Shown here in pieces: positions 10,234 through 21,333 of a DNA stretch of 55,583 bases. Made by a program: the position numbers and the translations under genes. Below the pieces are notes generated by a model. That model ran no database searches. It was not told the DNA's origin and worked only from the letters and a program-made list of their open reading frames with translations. This DNA is from an uncultured Clostridia bacterium (GTDB taxonomy: Bacteria; Bacillota; Clostridia; Tissierellales; Sedimentibacteraceae), in the NCBI GenBank assembly GCA_937875315.1, contig CALNCE010000020.1:1-55583 (forward strand). The letters are read 5' to 3'. How positions within the stretch are numbered: the first letter of the stretch is position 1; each line of letters begins with the position of its first letter.

Positions 10234-11433
10234 ATGAGAATAACAGGTGTTGTAGCGGAATATAATCCATTTCATGCAGGGCATGAATATCAGCTTAAGA
10301 TGGCTAAAAGGCTATCCGGCTGTGATTGTATTGCCGTTGTTATGAGCGGTAATTATGTACAGCGGGGGGAGCCTGCTATCATAGATAAGTTCAAACGTGC
10401 GGAAGCTGCAATATATGGCGGTGCCGATATTGTCATTGAGCTTCCCATGCCTTTTTCCTGCCAAAATGCGGAAATGTTTGCTCTTGCCGCAATAAAAGAA
10501 TTAAGCAAGCTTCACATTAATTCCATAAGCTTTGGCTGTGAAAACGATGATGTAAAGCTTTTGGAAAAAATTGCTTGCGTACAATTAACGAGTGAATTTA
10601 ATAATTGTATAAAAAAAGAAATAAAAAAAGGTCTGTCCTATCCAAGTGCCATGTCTTGTGCTCTAAAGTCAGTACTTGATGATGAAGCTGAAGCCGTGTA
10701 TTCGCCTAATAACGTCTTGGCTGTTGAATATATAAAAAGCGCCATGAAGCTTAATTTAAACCTTCAATACTATCCTGTAAAGCGTATGGGTATGGCTCAC
10801 AATGACCCTGAGGTTAAAGGGACTTTCCATAGTGCCACAGCCATAAGAAATTCCTTGTTAGATGGCTATTTTAATAATCTTAAAATAACTGAAAAAAGTA
10901 TGCAATTAATAAAAGAGTTTTATATGGAACACAAGAAATTTAATACTTTAAACAATTATACTGATTATTTGTATTATAAAATACTTTCATGTGATGACTT
11001 GGACGGGATTTATGAAATAAAGGAAGGATTAAACAATAAAATCATGTCACGATCTTACAAACACGAAAGTGTTGATGAGCTTATTATGTCAATTAAGTCC
11101 AAACGTTATACATATTCAAAACTTAGGAGATGTCTTCTTAATATTTTGCTTGATATAAGAAAGGTTGACATAATTAACATTATGTCAACCAATAGTGATT
11201 ATGTTAAAGTGCTTGCTTTTAATAATACAGGCAGAAACGCAATAAAATATGCAAAAAACCATGAAACAAAAGTAATAAACAGATATTCAGACTATAAAAG
11301 GTATAACATAACTCCTGAAAAACTTAGGGTATTTAATATTACCTGCAAGTCATCAAATATTTATTATCTTCCTTTGAAAAACAGAAAAATGAACAGCGAA
11401 TATACAGAAAATGCAGTCTATATAAATGATTAA
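10234..11433 (+). CDS. tmcAL: tRNA(Met) cytidine acetate ligase (YlbM family nucleotidyltransferase)
   Basis: GVVAEYNPFHAGHEY (HIGH-like), MSGNYVQRGEPA, SPNNVLAVEY, SATAIR, KSKRYTYS. Confidence 0.92.
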   Translation: MRITGVVAEYNPFHAGHEYQLKMAKRLSGCDCIAVVMSGNYVQRGEPAIIDKFKRAEAAIYGGADIVIELPMPFSCQNAEMFALAAIKELSKLHINSISFGCENDDVKLLEKIACVQLTSEFNNCIKKEIKKGLSYPSAMSCALKSVLDDEAEAVYSPNNVLAVEYIKSAMKLNLNLQYYPVKRMGMAHNDPEVKGTFHSATAIRNSLLDGYFNNLKITEKSMQLIKEFYMEHKKFNTLNNYTDYLYYKILSCDDLDGIYEIKEGLNNKIMSRSYKHESVDELIMSIKSKRYTYSKLRRCLLNILLDIRKVDIINIMSTNSDYVKVLAFNNTGRNAIKYAKNHETKVINRYSDYKRYNITPEKLRVFNITCKSSNIYYLPLKNRKMNSEYTENAVYIND

Positions 11434-11442
11434 CATCCAAAT

Positions 11443-12054
11443 TTACTTTTTTGATTTCAGTCTTTTTAATCTGAAAAAGTCTTCTCTTTCCTTTTCTTCA
11501 AGTACTTCCTGAATGTATTTTACTTGTTCCTTATATTTAGGTATCTGAACATATTGAAGTGCATTTGTTCTTTTTTGTGTTTTTTCTATTTCTATAGCTA
11601 ATTTAAACGCAGAATTTTCAACTTCTGCCAACTCGTATATTTTACTTTTAACTTCTTTAAACATTTGCCTTGCTTCATCAAGATATGCATTACTGCTGTA
11701 AAAGCCATAAGCAGGAACCAAATTGTCTTCCTTGTATTTAATGGTTGGAATATCAACCCCCATTACACTCTTAAGTAAAATTTCGTAATATTCATCATCA
11801 GGCACTCCCTGGCTTATATCTTCCACATTTTTAACTCCTAATGTCAAGTTTGCCTTCTTTAGTTTTTCATATGCTTCCGCTAATATATTATAAATATCAT
11901 TATGCATACTTTTAGCCTTTTCAACAATTACCATCATTTCCTTTATGAGGATATTCCTTTTCTTGTCTAAAAATTCATATCCTTTTTTTGAAAGCACCAA
12001 AGATGATTTTGCCTTTATAAGATTTGATTTAGTTGGTGCGACCATTACTGCCAT
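11443..12054 (-). CDS. ntpD: A/V-type ATP synthase subunit D
   Basis: PTKSNL, GYEFLDKKR, EIEKTQKRTNAL, EREDFFRLK. Confidence 0.95.
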   Translation of the reverse strand: MAVMVAPTKSNLIKAKSSLVLSKKGYEFLDKKRNILIKEMMVIVEKAKSMHNDIYNILAEAYEKLKKANLTLGVKNVEDISQGVPDDEYYEILLKSVMGVDIPTIKYKEDNLVPAYGFYSSNAYLDEARQMFKEVKSKIYELAEVENSAFKLAIEIEKTQKRTNALQYVQIPKYKEQVKYIQEVLEEKEREDFFRLKRLKSKK

Positions 12055-12056
12055 AT

Positions 12057-13460
12057 CTATCTCTCCCTGCTATGAACATAATACTTTTTAATCATCTCCG
12101 GTTTTACACGATCTAATTCAGATTCAGGAAGAATGGATAATATATTCCACCCTATATCCAATGTTTCGCTGATACTTCTGTTTTCATTGCTTTCCTGAGC
12201 AATGAATTTTGATTCTAATTCCCGGCCATATTGAAGATATAATTTGTCAACTTCTCCTAAGTCATCTTCACCTATTATCTGTGAAAGACTTCTAATATCC
12301 TGAACCTTTGAATATGAAGCATAAATCTGACTCTGCAAATCTGCATGGTCTTCTCTTGTGTAATCGCTGCCTATTCCATCCTTCATCAATCGTGATAAGG
12401 AAGGAAGTATATCAATAGGAGGATAAATTCCCTTTTGGTTAAGTTCTCTGTTAAGAACTATTTGCCCTTCAGTTATAAATCCGGTCAAGTCAGGTATTGG
12501 ATGTGTAATATCATCATTGGGCATTGTGAGTATTGGAATAAGTGTTATTGAACCTTCACAGCTCTTTAACATTCCTGCTCTTTCATATATAGTTGAAAGG
12601 TCTGAATACAGATATCCGGGATATCCTTTACGCGAAGGTACTTCTTCCTTTGCAGAAGATATTTCACGTAGTGCTTCTGCGTAGCTGGTCATATCCGTAA
12701 GAATTACAAGTACGTGCATGTTGTTATTAAATGCAAGAAATTCTGCAGCAGTCAAGACGCATCTTGGTGTTGATATTCTTTCAATAATAGGCTCATCTGC
12801 TGTGTTGATGTACATTACAACATGGTCTGATACACCTGCCGATTCAAAACTTTTCCTGAAATAATCCGCATCATCGTGTCTTACGCCCATTGCCCCGAAC
12901 ACAACGGCAAAATTATCCTTTGAAGCTCCCTTTATTTTAGCCTGCTTAACAATTTGTACTGCCAATTCATTGTGGTACATACCGCTTCCTGAAAATATAG
13001 GCAGTTTTTGTCCCCTTATTAGTGTCATCAAAGCATCAATTGAAGATATGCCTGTTTGTATAAAATTCTTCGGGTATCTTCTTGCAACAGGATTTATAGG
13101 TCTTCCGTTAATATTTTGCTTTACCGTTGATAAAACCTGGTAAGCATTATCAATCGGCTCACCTGCTCCGTTAAATGTCCTTCCTAACATTTCCTTCGAT
13201 AAAGGAATACTTAAAGGCTCTCCCATAAACTTAACAGAGGAATTGTCGGTGGATATACCGCCGGTTCCTTCAAAAACCTGTGCAATTACTTTATCATCTT
13301 CTATTTTAATAATCTTGCCTGTTCTTAATTCATTATCGTTTATTTTTATTTTAACTGTTTCTCCATAGGAGGCATCTTCAATTCCGTTAAGAACTATTAA
13401 CGGTCCTTCAATTTTTTGAATTTGTAAATATTCTTTTTTCATTTTATACGCTCTATTCAT
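12057..13460 (-). CDS. ntpB: A/V-type ATP synthase subunit B
   Basis: [45 protein letters not shown]. Confidence 0.97.
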   Translation of the reverse strand: MNRAYKMKKEYLQIQKIEGPLIVLNGIEDASYGETVKIKINDNELRTGKIIKIEDDKVIAQVFEGTGGISTDNSSVKFMGEPLSIPLSKEMLGRTFNGAGEPIDNAYQVLSTVKQNINGRPINPVARRYPKNFIQTGISSIDALMTLIRGQKLPIFSGSGMYHNELAVQIVKQAKIKGASKDNFAVVFGAMGVRHDDADYFRKSFESAGVSDHVVMYINTADEPIIERISTPRCVLTAAEFLAFNNNMHVLVILTDMTSYAEALREISSAKEEVPSRKGYPGYLYSDLSTIYERAGMLKSCEGSITLIPILTMPNDDITHPIPDLTGFITEGQIVLNRELNQKGIYPPIDILPSLSRLMKDGIGSDYTREDHADLQSQIYASYSKVQDIRSLSQIIGEDDLGEVDKLYLQYGRELESKFIAQESNENRSISETLDIGWNILSILPESELDRVKPEMIKKYYVHSRER

Positions 13461-15219
13461 ATTTCATTCTTAAACTTAAGTAAGTGTCAGTAATTCTATC
13501 CATTAACTCATACAAAGCTTCAGGTTTGTCGTTTGGTATTTCATATTTTATTTTTAAAATATCCTGTATAACGGACTCTTTTCTTATTACGGATATAGGT
13601 ATGCCGATTTTTATGCATTTCAATGCTTCTTCATAAAAAGTGTCTATTGTTTTAAGCATTAAATATTGTTTATTTAAAACCACATAAGTATCTTCAGGGT
13701 GCATGGCATTTTGCTGCAGGAAACCCTTCTTTATAATTCTTGCTGTTTCTAAAATCAATGCCTGATCGTTAGGAAGTACATCTTCTCCTACAAGCTGCAC
13801 TATTTCATTTAATTTTTCTTCTTCCTGAAAAAGTACTATCATCTTATTTCTTAAAGTCATCATATCTTGTGCTACATTTTCTTCATACCATTCCTTCAGC
13901 ATATTTACATAACCGCTGTAGCTTGTTAAATAATTTATTGCAGGATAATGTCTTGCGTAGGCAAGTTTTTTATCGAGCGCAAGAAATGCCGAAACAAAAC
14001 GTTTGGTATTTTCTGTAACAGGTTCGGAAAAATCACCTCCGGCAGGCGATACTGCTCCTATTATTGTTACAGTTGCTTCTTCATTGCTTAGTGTATTAAC
14101 GCATCCGGCTCTCTCGTAAAACTGTGCAAGCCTTGATGGAAGGTATGCCGGGTATCCTTCTTCCGCAGGCATCTGTTCAAGACGGCCTGAAATTTCACGC
14201 AAAGCCTCCGCCCACCTTGAAGTGGAGTCTGCCATTATCGCAACATCATATCCCATATCCCTGAAATATTCCGCCATTGTAATTCCTGTATAAATGCTTG
14301 CCTCACGTGCAGCAACCGGCATGTTTGAAGTATTGGCAATTAATATTGTTCTTTCCATCAGAGGTCTGTTGCTACGCGGGTCTATAAGCTTTGGAAATTC
14401 CTCCAAAACATCTGTCATCTCATTTCCGCGCTCTCCGCATCCTATATAAACAATAATATCCGCATCGCACCACTTTGCCAATTGGTGCTGTGTAACAGTT
14501 TTTCCGGTACCGAATCCTCCCGGAAGAGCTACCGTACCACCCTTTGCAATGGGATAAAAGCTGTCAATTACTCTCTGACCGGTTATAAGAGGTTTATATA
14601 TGGGAAGCCTGCTTTTAATCGGTCTTGGTTTTCTTACAGGCCATTTAGTACATAAAGACAGCTTTATTGTTTCATTTTCTTTTTCAAGAAGAACTATTGT
14701 ATCATTTAATGTGTACTTCCCGCTATCTTTAGTTTCTTTTACAACACCGCGTACATTATACGGCACTATTAATTTATGCAGAATCCCCTCAGTTTCCTGT
14801 ATCGTTGCATAAACATCACCTTCATTAAGCATGTCGCCTGCTTTTACAGATATATTTACATCCCACAGTCTATCTTCGCTAAAAGTTATAAGCCCTATTC
14901 CTTCCGGTATAAAATCTCTTGACATATCTTGAATTACTGTAAGGGGTCTTTGAATACCGTCAAATATATTTCCAATCATTCCGGGTCCCAATGTAACTGA
15001 CAGCGGGCTGCCTGTTGACAATATTTTCTCTCCTGCTTTTAACCCTTCTGTTTCTTCATAAACCTGTATAGTGGCTTTATCTTCATTTAATGAAACAACT
15101 TCTCCGATAAGCTTCCTGTCGCCTACCATTACCATTTCATTCACTTTAAAGGAACCCATATTAAGTCCTTGTACCACAGGTCCGTTTATCGAGCTTACAA
15201 TGCCTGTATTATTATTCAC
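13453..15219 (-). CDS. ntpA: A/V-type ATP synthase catalytic subunit A
   Basis: Walker [29 protein letters not shown]; no intein. Confidence 0.97.
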   Translation of the reverse strand: MNNNTGIVSSINGPVVQGLNMGSFKVNEMVMVGDRKLIGEVVSLNEDKATIQVYEETEGLKAGEKILSTGSPLSVTLGPGMIGNIFDGIQRPLTVIQDMSRDFIPEGIGLITFSEDRLWDVNISVKAGDMLNEGDVYATIQETEGILHKLIVPYNVRGVVKETKDSGKYTLNDTIVLLEKENETIKLSLCTKWPVRKPRPIKSRLPIYKPLITGQRVIDSFYPIAKGGTVALPGGFGTGKTVTQHQLAKWCDADIIVYIGCGERGNEMTDVLEEFPKLIDPRSNRPLMERTILIANTSNMPVAAREASIYTGITMAEYFRDMGYDVAIMADSTSRWAEALREISGRLEQMPAEEGYPAYLPSRLAQFYERAGCVNTLSNEEATVTIIGAVSPAGGDFSEPVTENTKRFVSAFLALDKKLAYARHYPAINYLTSYSGYVNMLKEWYEENVAQDMMTLRNKMIVLFQEEEKLNEIVQLVGEDVLPNDQALILETARIIKKGFLQQNAMHPEDTYVVLNKQYLMLKTIDTFYEEALKCIKIGIPISVIRKESVIQDILKIKYEIPNDKPEALYELMDRITDTYLSLRMKYE

Positions 15220-15835
15220 CTATGCCACCTGCCTCTAAAGCATCAAATATTGTCTGCATTATATATGTTTTGTTATCTTCCAACACAGAATCAATGGAAA
15301 AGTCTATTTTTGTATTTTTATCCTTATCAATAACAATAAGACCTCCTATAATGTTATAGGAATTCTTAAATTCAATATTTATATTGTTTTTCTTAAGCTC
15401 TTCCTTTATTAATTCTGAATACCTTTTATTGTCTGACTCAGTCAAATAAATCACCCAATCGTAATTTTCGTCTGTTATATTTATTTTCTTTATCAAATTT
15501 AACAAATATGTTTTATATTCTTCAGTATTAACAAATTCAGTAAGTCTGCTTTTTAATTTTTCCATAAAAATATAATAACACTTTTCTTTCTGCAGCAGTA
15601 TTCCCCTTTTAATATTTACCGCTTGTTTGCTTAAGCTTTCAGTTCGTCTCATTTCTGCTTTTTTCCTTGCTCTTTCCTCAATGGATTGTGCGGCAGCATC
15701 TATTTCATCTTTGCTGCTATCGGACCTTAAGCTGTATTGTTTCTCCAATTCTTTTAACTCATCTTTAAAGTCCTTTTCCATTGAATGATTTATAAGCTTA
15801 GAAAATAATAATAATTTTTGTTCTATTGTAACCAT
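15212..15835 (-). CDS. ntpE: A/V-type ATP synthase subunit E
   Basis: N-terminal coiled coil, C-terminal IIGGLIV..IDFSI; immediately before subunit A. Confidence 0.85.
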   Translation of the reverse strand: MVTIEQKLLLFSKLINHSMEKDFKDELKELEKQYSLRSDSSKDEIDAAAQSIEERARKKAEMRRTESLSKQAVNIKRGILLQKEKCYYIFMEKLKSRLTEFVNTEEYKTYLLNLIKKINITDENYDWVIYLTESDNKRYSELIKEELKKNNINIEFKNSYNIIGGLIVIDKDKNTKIDFSIDSVLEDNKTYIMQTIFDALEAGGIGE

Positions 15836-15842
15836 AATTACC

Positions 15843-16151
15843 TCATATTTGAATACCTACGGATTCTCTTATATGATCCGCAATGGCACTTGATTCCCTG
15901 ATGGAACCCTTTCTGTCCGGAATTTCTATAATGAGAGGGATACGAGTTTTTAATTTTAATTCCATCACCTCATCATGAATCATATCTGCAACCGTTTCAT
16001 TAAGAATTACTATCCCAACGTCCTTGTCCTTCACTGAACTTTTTAAATATTTCAGCACTTCATTTCTGTCTCTTACCAGGACACCGTTTATTCCTGCAAG
16101 TCTTAAGCCTACCCAGGTGTCTCTGGAGTTGCTAATTAAAAAAGATTTCAT
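15843..16151 (-). CDS. A/V-type ATP synthase subunit F
   Basis: DTWVGLRLAGI, PLIIEIPD, IRESVG; ~100 aa. Confidence 0.9.
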   Translation of the reverse strand: MKSFLISNSRDTWVGLRLAGINGVLVRDRNEVLKYLKSSVKDKDVGIVILNETVADMIHDEVMELKLKTRIPLIIEIPDRKGSIRESSAIADHIRESVGIQI

Positions 16152-16167
16152 TATTTATCTTCCCTTA

Positions 16168-16617
16168 TTAAACAAATAAAATTAAAATAGAAATAATCAA
16201 GCCATAAATTGCAATACCTTCTGCCATACCAACAAATATTAAAGTTTTTCCAAGAAGTGATGAATCTTCTGATATTGCACCTATTGCTGATGAACCAACT
16301 GAGCCTACTGCAAAACCTGTAGCAATAGTGGCTATCCCTGTTGATAATGCTGCAGATAAATATTTAAGTCCTTCTCCGATTCCGCCTGCTCCTGAAGCAG
16401 CCCCTGAGGTAGCTGCTTCAGCTTGAGTTTCAGCAAATACATTGCCTCCGAATACTGTTGTAATTACAGCCCCTGCCATAATTAACCCAAAAGCTGATAC
16501 CGTTGTTAAAATTGCCTTTTTAATATTTCCTGTTTTCCCTTTTTTTATTGCTTTTTTCCCATAAATAATTGTTCCAATTGATACTGCTGATGCAGCAATT
16601 AAAAATATGATAAGCAT
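16168..16617 (-). CDS. ntpK: A/V-type ATP synthase proteolipid (c/K subunit), one hairpin plus N-terminal hydrophobic extension
   Basis: C-terminal hairpin with GMAEGIAIYGL carrying the conserved Glu. Confidence 0.9.
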   Translation of the reverse strand: MLIIFLIAASAVSIGTIIYGKKAIKKGKTGNIKKAILTTVSAFGLIMAGAVITTVFGGNVFAETQAEAATSGAASGAGGIGEGLKYLSAALSTGIATIATGFAVGSVGSSAIGAISEDSSLLGKTLIFVGMAEGIAIYGLIISILILFV

Positions 16618-16667
16618 AATTCTTTCCCTTCACTTTTCATTTATTATTTTTTATTATTTTTTATTAT

Positions 16668-18653
16668 TTATTGTTTACTTATTATAAGAGGTTTATATTC
16701 TATACCGTCACCTTTAAAATATTTGCTGAACATTTCATAATATTGTAGACGAAGTCCTTGAATGAACACAATAATCCCCTCCAATGATAGAATTAATATG
16801 TTTCCTATTACTAAAATCAATATTTTCAAAAATATATTTTCAACCATTTGTGATATTACCAAAAATGCCATAAACAATCCTGCATGATTTAATGCAAAGG
16901 CGCCTACACGTACAAATGAAATAGAGTTGCTCATTGCACCAAGTATTGTTTCCACTGCTTCAAAAATGCTTTCCGTAAAATAAGAACCGGGGCTTTCATG
17001 AAATAACGGCTTCTTGCCAAGAACCAAGTTGGTTAAAGGCTCTTTTACAATTATTATAATTAAGCTTAAAATCAGTACACTGAACGGTATATATAATGGT
17101 ATGTTAATAATTCTTGTAATTGCTGCAATGGTCACTATGAAACTTATAAAGAATAAGTAACCGAATATTCCGTTCTTACCGAATATTCCCTCTTCAATAT
17201 TTTGATTTTTCATAGAATTAACAATACCATATACATATGAAACAGTAAGTGCAAAAATTCCATAAACAATACTCGCTATCAGTATATTAGGAATATTATC
17301 CGGATTTAGAGGACCCCCTTCAATCAAGCTTGGGAGCCATGAAAGTTCATGCTTTTCCAAACCAAAGAAACTGCCGTATACAAACCCGAAAACAATGGAG
17401 AATAAACCAAGTCTCATTACTATTTCAGCAAGTGCACCTATCTTTTTCCTAAACAGTAAACCAAATAAGAAATATATAAGTCCCTGACCTATATCACCAA
17501 ACATTATACCAAATGCAAGACAAAAGGTTAACGCAAGGAAAGGAGTGGGATCTAATTCATTATAGGACGGCATCCCGTACATTTTAACAATCCATTCGAA
17601 GGGTCTTATAAGAAAGTTGTTTTTAAGCATGGTTGGAGGTATTACCTGATTTTTCAATTCTTCTGCCGTTTTTTCAGATAATATTATTTTATCCGTGATT
17701 TTATGAATTGAATCTTTTAGATTATTTAATTCACTATTCTTAACCCACACATCCACTGCAAAAATATTATCCCCATATTCAGCATCCCGGGTCAATTCGG
17801 AAATTTGTTCTTCCAAATTGAATATATTATAATATCTGTTTATACTGTTTATTTTTGATTTTTTTTCTGCTTCCATGGATGATGATAATGTTTGAATTTT
17901 ACCCTCCATGGTTTTTATTCTATCATCAATTATTAAAAGCATTTGGGCAGGTGTTCCCATTAATTCATCAGGAATTTTAAGTTCATTCCAATCCAATGAC
18001 TTCAACAAGTTTTCCGTTTCCTGCCTGTAGTGTTTCGGAAAAATGATCATGTACAAATCTTCTGCTGCAGCAGGCATACTTCCTATTCTCATAACTATTG
18101 CGCTTAGATTTTCGTAGTTCTTCTTTAAACGCCATTTATTCATCTTTGAAAGTGTACCAACTGCAAAATTAAAATAATTCAAATCAGAAATCTTATCCAA
18201 TTCCAAATCTTTATCAAAGATACTGTCGATTTTCTCTCTTAGTTTTTTTAATTCATAAATACTAGTATTGTATTTATATATTTCTCTTATTTTATCCCCT
18301 ACAGAAGAATCCAATATTTTTAATTCAGACGTTATTCTTGCTATATCATAGTTTTCTTTCAATATATTTTCGTCAATTTTAAGCTCTATTTCCAATCCGG
18401 CAGCCAAGTCTTTAACAACATTCAGGCAATCAGTACATCTGTTATCATTTGGATTTATTATGGTACTATAAATTTCAGAACCTAAAATATCTGTTTCAAA
18501 TTTATGTATGACATAATAGTCTGTATATGCGCTGCTGTTTTCAATATTCATGTTAAAATGCACATTTTTATTTAATATCAGTTCTTTGATTATGGGACTC
18601 ATTTCTTCGGTTGAGCCTACAACCTTCAAAAGAACCATCTTTTCTATAGACAT
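16668..18653 (-). CDS. ntpI: A/V-type ATP synthase subunit I (a)
   Basis: YGMPSYNELDPT, FGIMFGDIGQG, SNSISFVRVGAFALNH, LRLQYYEMFSKYF. Confidence 0.95.
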   Translation of the reverse strand: MSIEKMVLLKVVGSTEEMSPIIKELILNKNVHFNMNIENSSAYTDYYVIHKFETDILGSEIYSTIINPNDNRCTDCLNVVKDLAAGLEIELKIDENILKENYDIARITSELKILDSSVGDKIREIYKYNTSIYELKKLREKIDSIFDKDLELDKISDLNYFNFAVGTLSKMNKWRLKKNYENLSAIVMRIGSMPAAAEDLYMIIFPKHYRQETENLLKSLDWNELKIPDELMGTPAQMLLIIDDRIKTMEGKIQTLSSSMEAEKKSKINSINRYYNIFNLEEQISELTRDAEYGDNIFAVDVWVKNSELNNLKDSIHKITDKIILSEKTAEELKNQVIPPTMLKNNFLIRPFEWIVKMYGMPSYNELDPTPFLALTFCLAFGIMFGDIGQGLIYFLFGLLFRKKIGALAEIVMRLGLFSIVFGFVYGSFFGLEKHELSWLPSLIEGGPLNPDNIPNILIASIVYGIFALTVSYVYGIVNSMKNQNIEEGIFGKNGIFGYLFFISFIVTIAAITRIINIPLYIPFSVLILSLIIIIVKEPLTNLVLGKKPLFHESPGSYFTESIFEAVETILGAMSNSISFVRVGAFALNHAGLFMAFLVISQMVENIFLKILILVIGNILILSLEGIIVFIQGLRLQYYEMFSKYFKGDGIEYKPLIISKQ

Positions 18654-18672
18654 TAATTTTACTCCCTTCTTA

Positions 18673-19695
18673 TTATTTGCTGTATGATAAATAATCCAAT
18701 ATCTGTTCTTTAGGTGCTTCGTATTTTATTCCTTCGGCTATTGTAATAATATCATCAGTTATTATGTCAATTAAATAAATATATGAAATAGCAATACCGA
18801 TATTTTTGAATTTTTCTTTTTTAAGATAATCATACAAATAATAATTCACGTTTCCCGTCTTACCTTTTTTCTTAGATACTTCAATCCCAATATAAGACTT
18901 GACTAATTTCCTGAATTCATCATAAGACTTGCTGTAGCATAATTTTTTTAACTGTTTATAGTCCATGGAGCTGCCGCCGACAAGGCTGTAAAACAACACT
19001 TCTTCAGGCGATAATTTATAATAGTTTAAAGCTCTGTTAATCCATTGAACATTTAATAAATCAATTTTTAGACCAATAATGTCCTTGACTGCTTCCCTGT
19101 CTTCCTTATTTAGGTTTTCTGATTTCTCCATTAATCTCTTGTAAAATTCCACATAAAGCTTCATTTCAATATGAAATTCGCGCTTAACAGCATCTTCCTC
19201 AGTCAAGTTTTTCAACCCTGTGTAATATGGAGTACCCTTTAAATTTTCAGTAAACCGGTGAACATTTTTTGAAGTCAAAAGTTTATCAAAATTCAATGTA
19301 GCATATCTGTTAGAATGTACAAATCTATTTTCTATTCCCTCTAAACTTTCCTGTTTGGCTATCTTTCTTAAAATTAAACTAATATCCTTTATTTCGCTTT
19401 CAATTAGTAATTCCTCAATAAAATCTTTATAATGCCCCGAAAAATAATGAAGCAAATCTTCAATTTCAATAGTTGTAAACCGACCTAAAATAGCTTCAAA
19501 ACTGTCCCTGTTTATATTATCACTTTTGGCTGCTAAGAATATTCTTTCAAATTCCTTATTATTAAGCAAAAGCGACCTAAGCTGTTCCACTGTAGAGCAT
19601 TCCAAAATATTATCCAAATTAAGACTTTTTGAAATATAACCTTTTTTTGCTGTAATTTTTGTTTGAACAGCATAAAATGCCATGTTGGAGTTCAT
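18673..19695 (-). CDS. ntpC: A/V-type ATP synthase subunit C (d)
   Basis: 340 aa, IDLLNVQWINR motif, position in the operon. Confidence 0.85.
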   Translation of the reverse strand: MNSNMAFYAVQTKITAKKGYISKSLNLDNILECSTVEQLRSLLLNNKEFERIFLAAKSDNINRDSFEAILGRFTTIEIEDLLHYFSGHYKDFIEELLIESEIKDISLILRKIAKQESLEGIENRFVHSNRYATLNFDKLLTSKNVHRFTENLKGTPYYTGLKNLTEEDAVKREFHIEMKLYVEFYKRLMEKSENLNKEDREAVKDIIGLKIDLLNVQWINRALNYYKLSPEEVLFYSLVGGSSMDYKQLKKLCYSKSYDEFRKLVKSYIGIEVSKKKGKTGNVNYYLYDYLKKEKFKNIGIAISYIYLIDIITDDIITIAEGIKYEAPKEQILDYLSYSK

Positions 19696-20024
19696 TACAG
19701 CTCCTCCAATGAAAATAATCTGTTGAATACTTCCTGAATCAATCTATGTTCTGTTTTTTTATAGACTTTTTCTATCTGCACAGAAACTTTATTTACTTTT
19801 TCCTTTTCAATTCTTTCGGTTTCAGCAACAAATGCCTCTATTTCTTCTGAAATAGTCTGTACTTTTATGTTTGCTTTTCGCAAGTTTTCGCTTTTGTAAT
19901 TTAAAACCTTTTCTTCATATTCCTGCTTTTTCTTAAGCAAAAATTCTTCGTTTTTATTTTTGTTTTCATAAGCTTGCGAGTCTATCCTTATAATTTGATT
20001 TAGAATCTGGTTCAAATATATCAC
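19695..20024 (-). CDS. Probable A/V-ATPase peripheral-stalk subunit G/H
   Basis: ~105 aa charged helical protein first in the operon. Confidence 0.65.
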   Translation of the reverse strand: MIYLNQILNQIIRIDSQAYENKNKNEEFLLKKKQEYEEKVLNYKSENLRKANIKVQTISEEIEAFVAETERIEKEKVNKVSVQIEKVYKKTEHRLIQEVFNRLFSLEEL

Positions 20025-20329
20025 TCCCTAAATGTCATGAACCGGTACACTTTATCACTGATTATTGTTACCATCAAATCAACAATTATAAACTTAAATA
20101 AGTATTTTACTTATATTAAATTATAATTTCATAAAAAAGAGTCTCATCCTCCTTCATACTTCCTTTTTTGCAGTCTCGCTTATTGTATCGTTTATTTTCA
20201 AAAATAAAAAATATTTTTTAACCTTGTTAATAACATGGAGCTTTTATTAAAATCAATAAACTACAAATATTATATTCAGAAAAGCATATAAACAATTTAT
20301 GGACAATAAAATAAACAGGGGGTGTTTTT

Positions 20330-21280
20330 ATGTTCAAAAGAAATTTTATTCCGGTTTTCATAATGTTTATTATTTGCTTATTTGTTATGAAACCGGGCAT
20401 AGTATCGGAAGGTGTTTTTAACGGTCTTAAAATATGGATCAACAACATGATTCCATATTTGCTTCCTATGTCTATTTTATCAAATATATTGCTGCAATAT
20501 AATTTTTTGTACAGAATGTCAGATAAATTATCCTTTTTATCAAATAAAATTTTTAACAGTAAATATGCATTCATCCCCTACTTTATCAGCCTCGTGGTAG
20601 GTTATCCTTCCGGAGCAATGACAGTAAATACAATGGCTTCTTATAAAAGAATCGACAGCAACGAAGCAAATGCATTGGTTGTTTTTACCAACAACTGCAG
20701 CTTTCAATTCATGGCGGGAGCAGTATCCTTTTCAATGCTTGGTGATTTAAGTTTGGCCAAATATATTGCCGCTCCGCATTTGCTAAGTGCATTACTTATA
20801 GGTATGCTCATTAAAAAAAGTACAATATCCTCCACTTATACAAAGGTAAAAAAACAAAAATATATATCGTTTTATGATGCTTTCAATTCTTCAATTTATA
20901 AATCAATTACTTCCATATTGTCCATTGGAGGTGTAATAGTTATATTTTCGGTATTTTCCAATTTTTTTGACAACCTCCTTATTTCAATTTCAAAATATTT
21001 TTCATTAAGTACACTGCTAAGTGATTTAATACATTCTACTTTTGTAGGTATCTTGGAAATATCAAACGGCTGCAGCGTTGCTTCATCCTCCGCTCTTCCC
21101 TTGGATGTAAAGCTTATAATAATAAATTTTCTCATCAGTTTTTCGGGAATATCTGTGATTTTTCAAACTGTAGCAGTTGCAAATAATTTTGATTTTAATA
21201 TCAGCAATTATGTTTTTTATAGAGCTGTACAGGGCATATTATCAGTTATAATATGCATGGGAATGCTAATTCTATATTGA
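20330..21280 (+). CDS. ylbJ: Sporulation integral membrane protein YlbJ-like
   Basis: GLKIW..IPYLLP, GYPSGA, GILEISNG, SFSGISVIFQ. Confidence 0.8.
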   Translation: MFKRNFIPVFIMFIICLFVMKPGIVSEGVFNGLKIWINNMIPYLLPMSILSNILLQYNFLYRMSDKLSFLSNKIFNSKYAFIPYFISLVVGYPSGAMTVNTMASYKRIDSNEANALVVFTNNCSFQFMAGAVSFSMLGDLSLAKYIAAPHLLSALLIGMLIKKSTISSTYTKVKKQKYISFYDAFNSSIYKSITSILSIGGVIVIFSVFSNFFDNLLISISKYFSLSTLLSDLIHSTFVGILEISNGCSVASSSALPLDVKLIIINFLISFSGISVIFQTVAVANNFDFNISNYVFYRAVQGILSVIICMGMLILY

Positions 21281-21305
21281 AAAGCTCAGCATTACTATGT
21301 ATAAT
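21277..21305 (+). promoter_or_regulatory. SigA promoter of rnz
   Basis: TTGAAA-17 bp-TATAAT; supports the internal start at 21334. Confidence 0.7.
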
Positions 21306-21333
21306 GTTATTACTTAAGAAAAAAGGTGATATA

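Noticed and set aside
20227-20574. 115-aa - strand ORF upstream of the ATPase operon
   Set aside because: Mostly antisense to ylbJ, with no recognisable motif.
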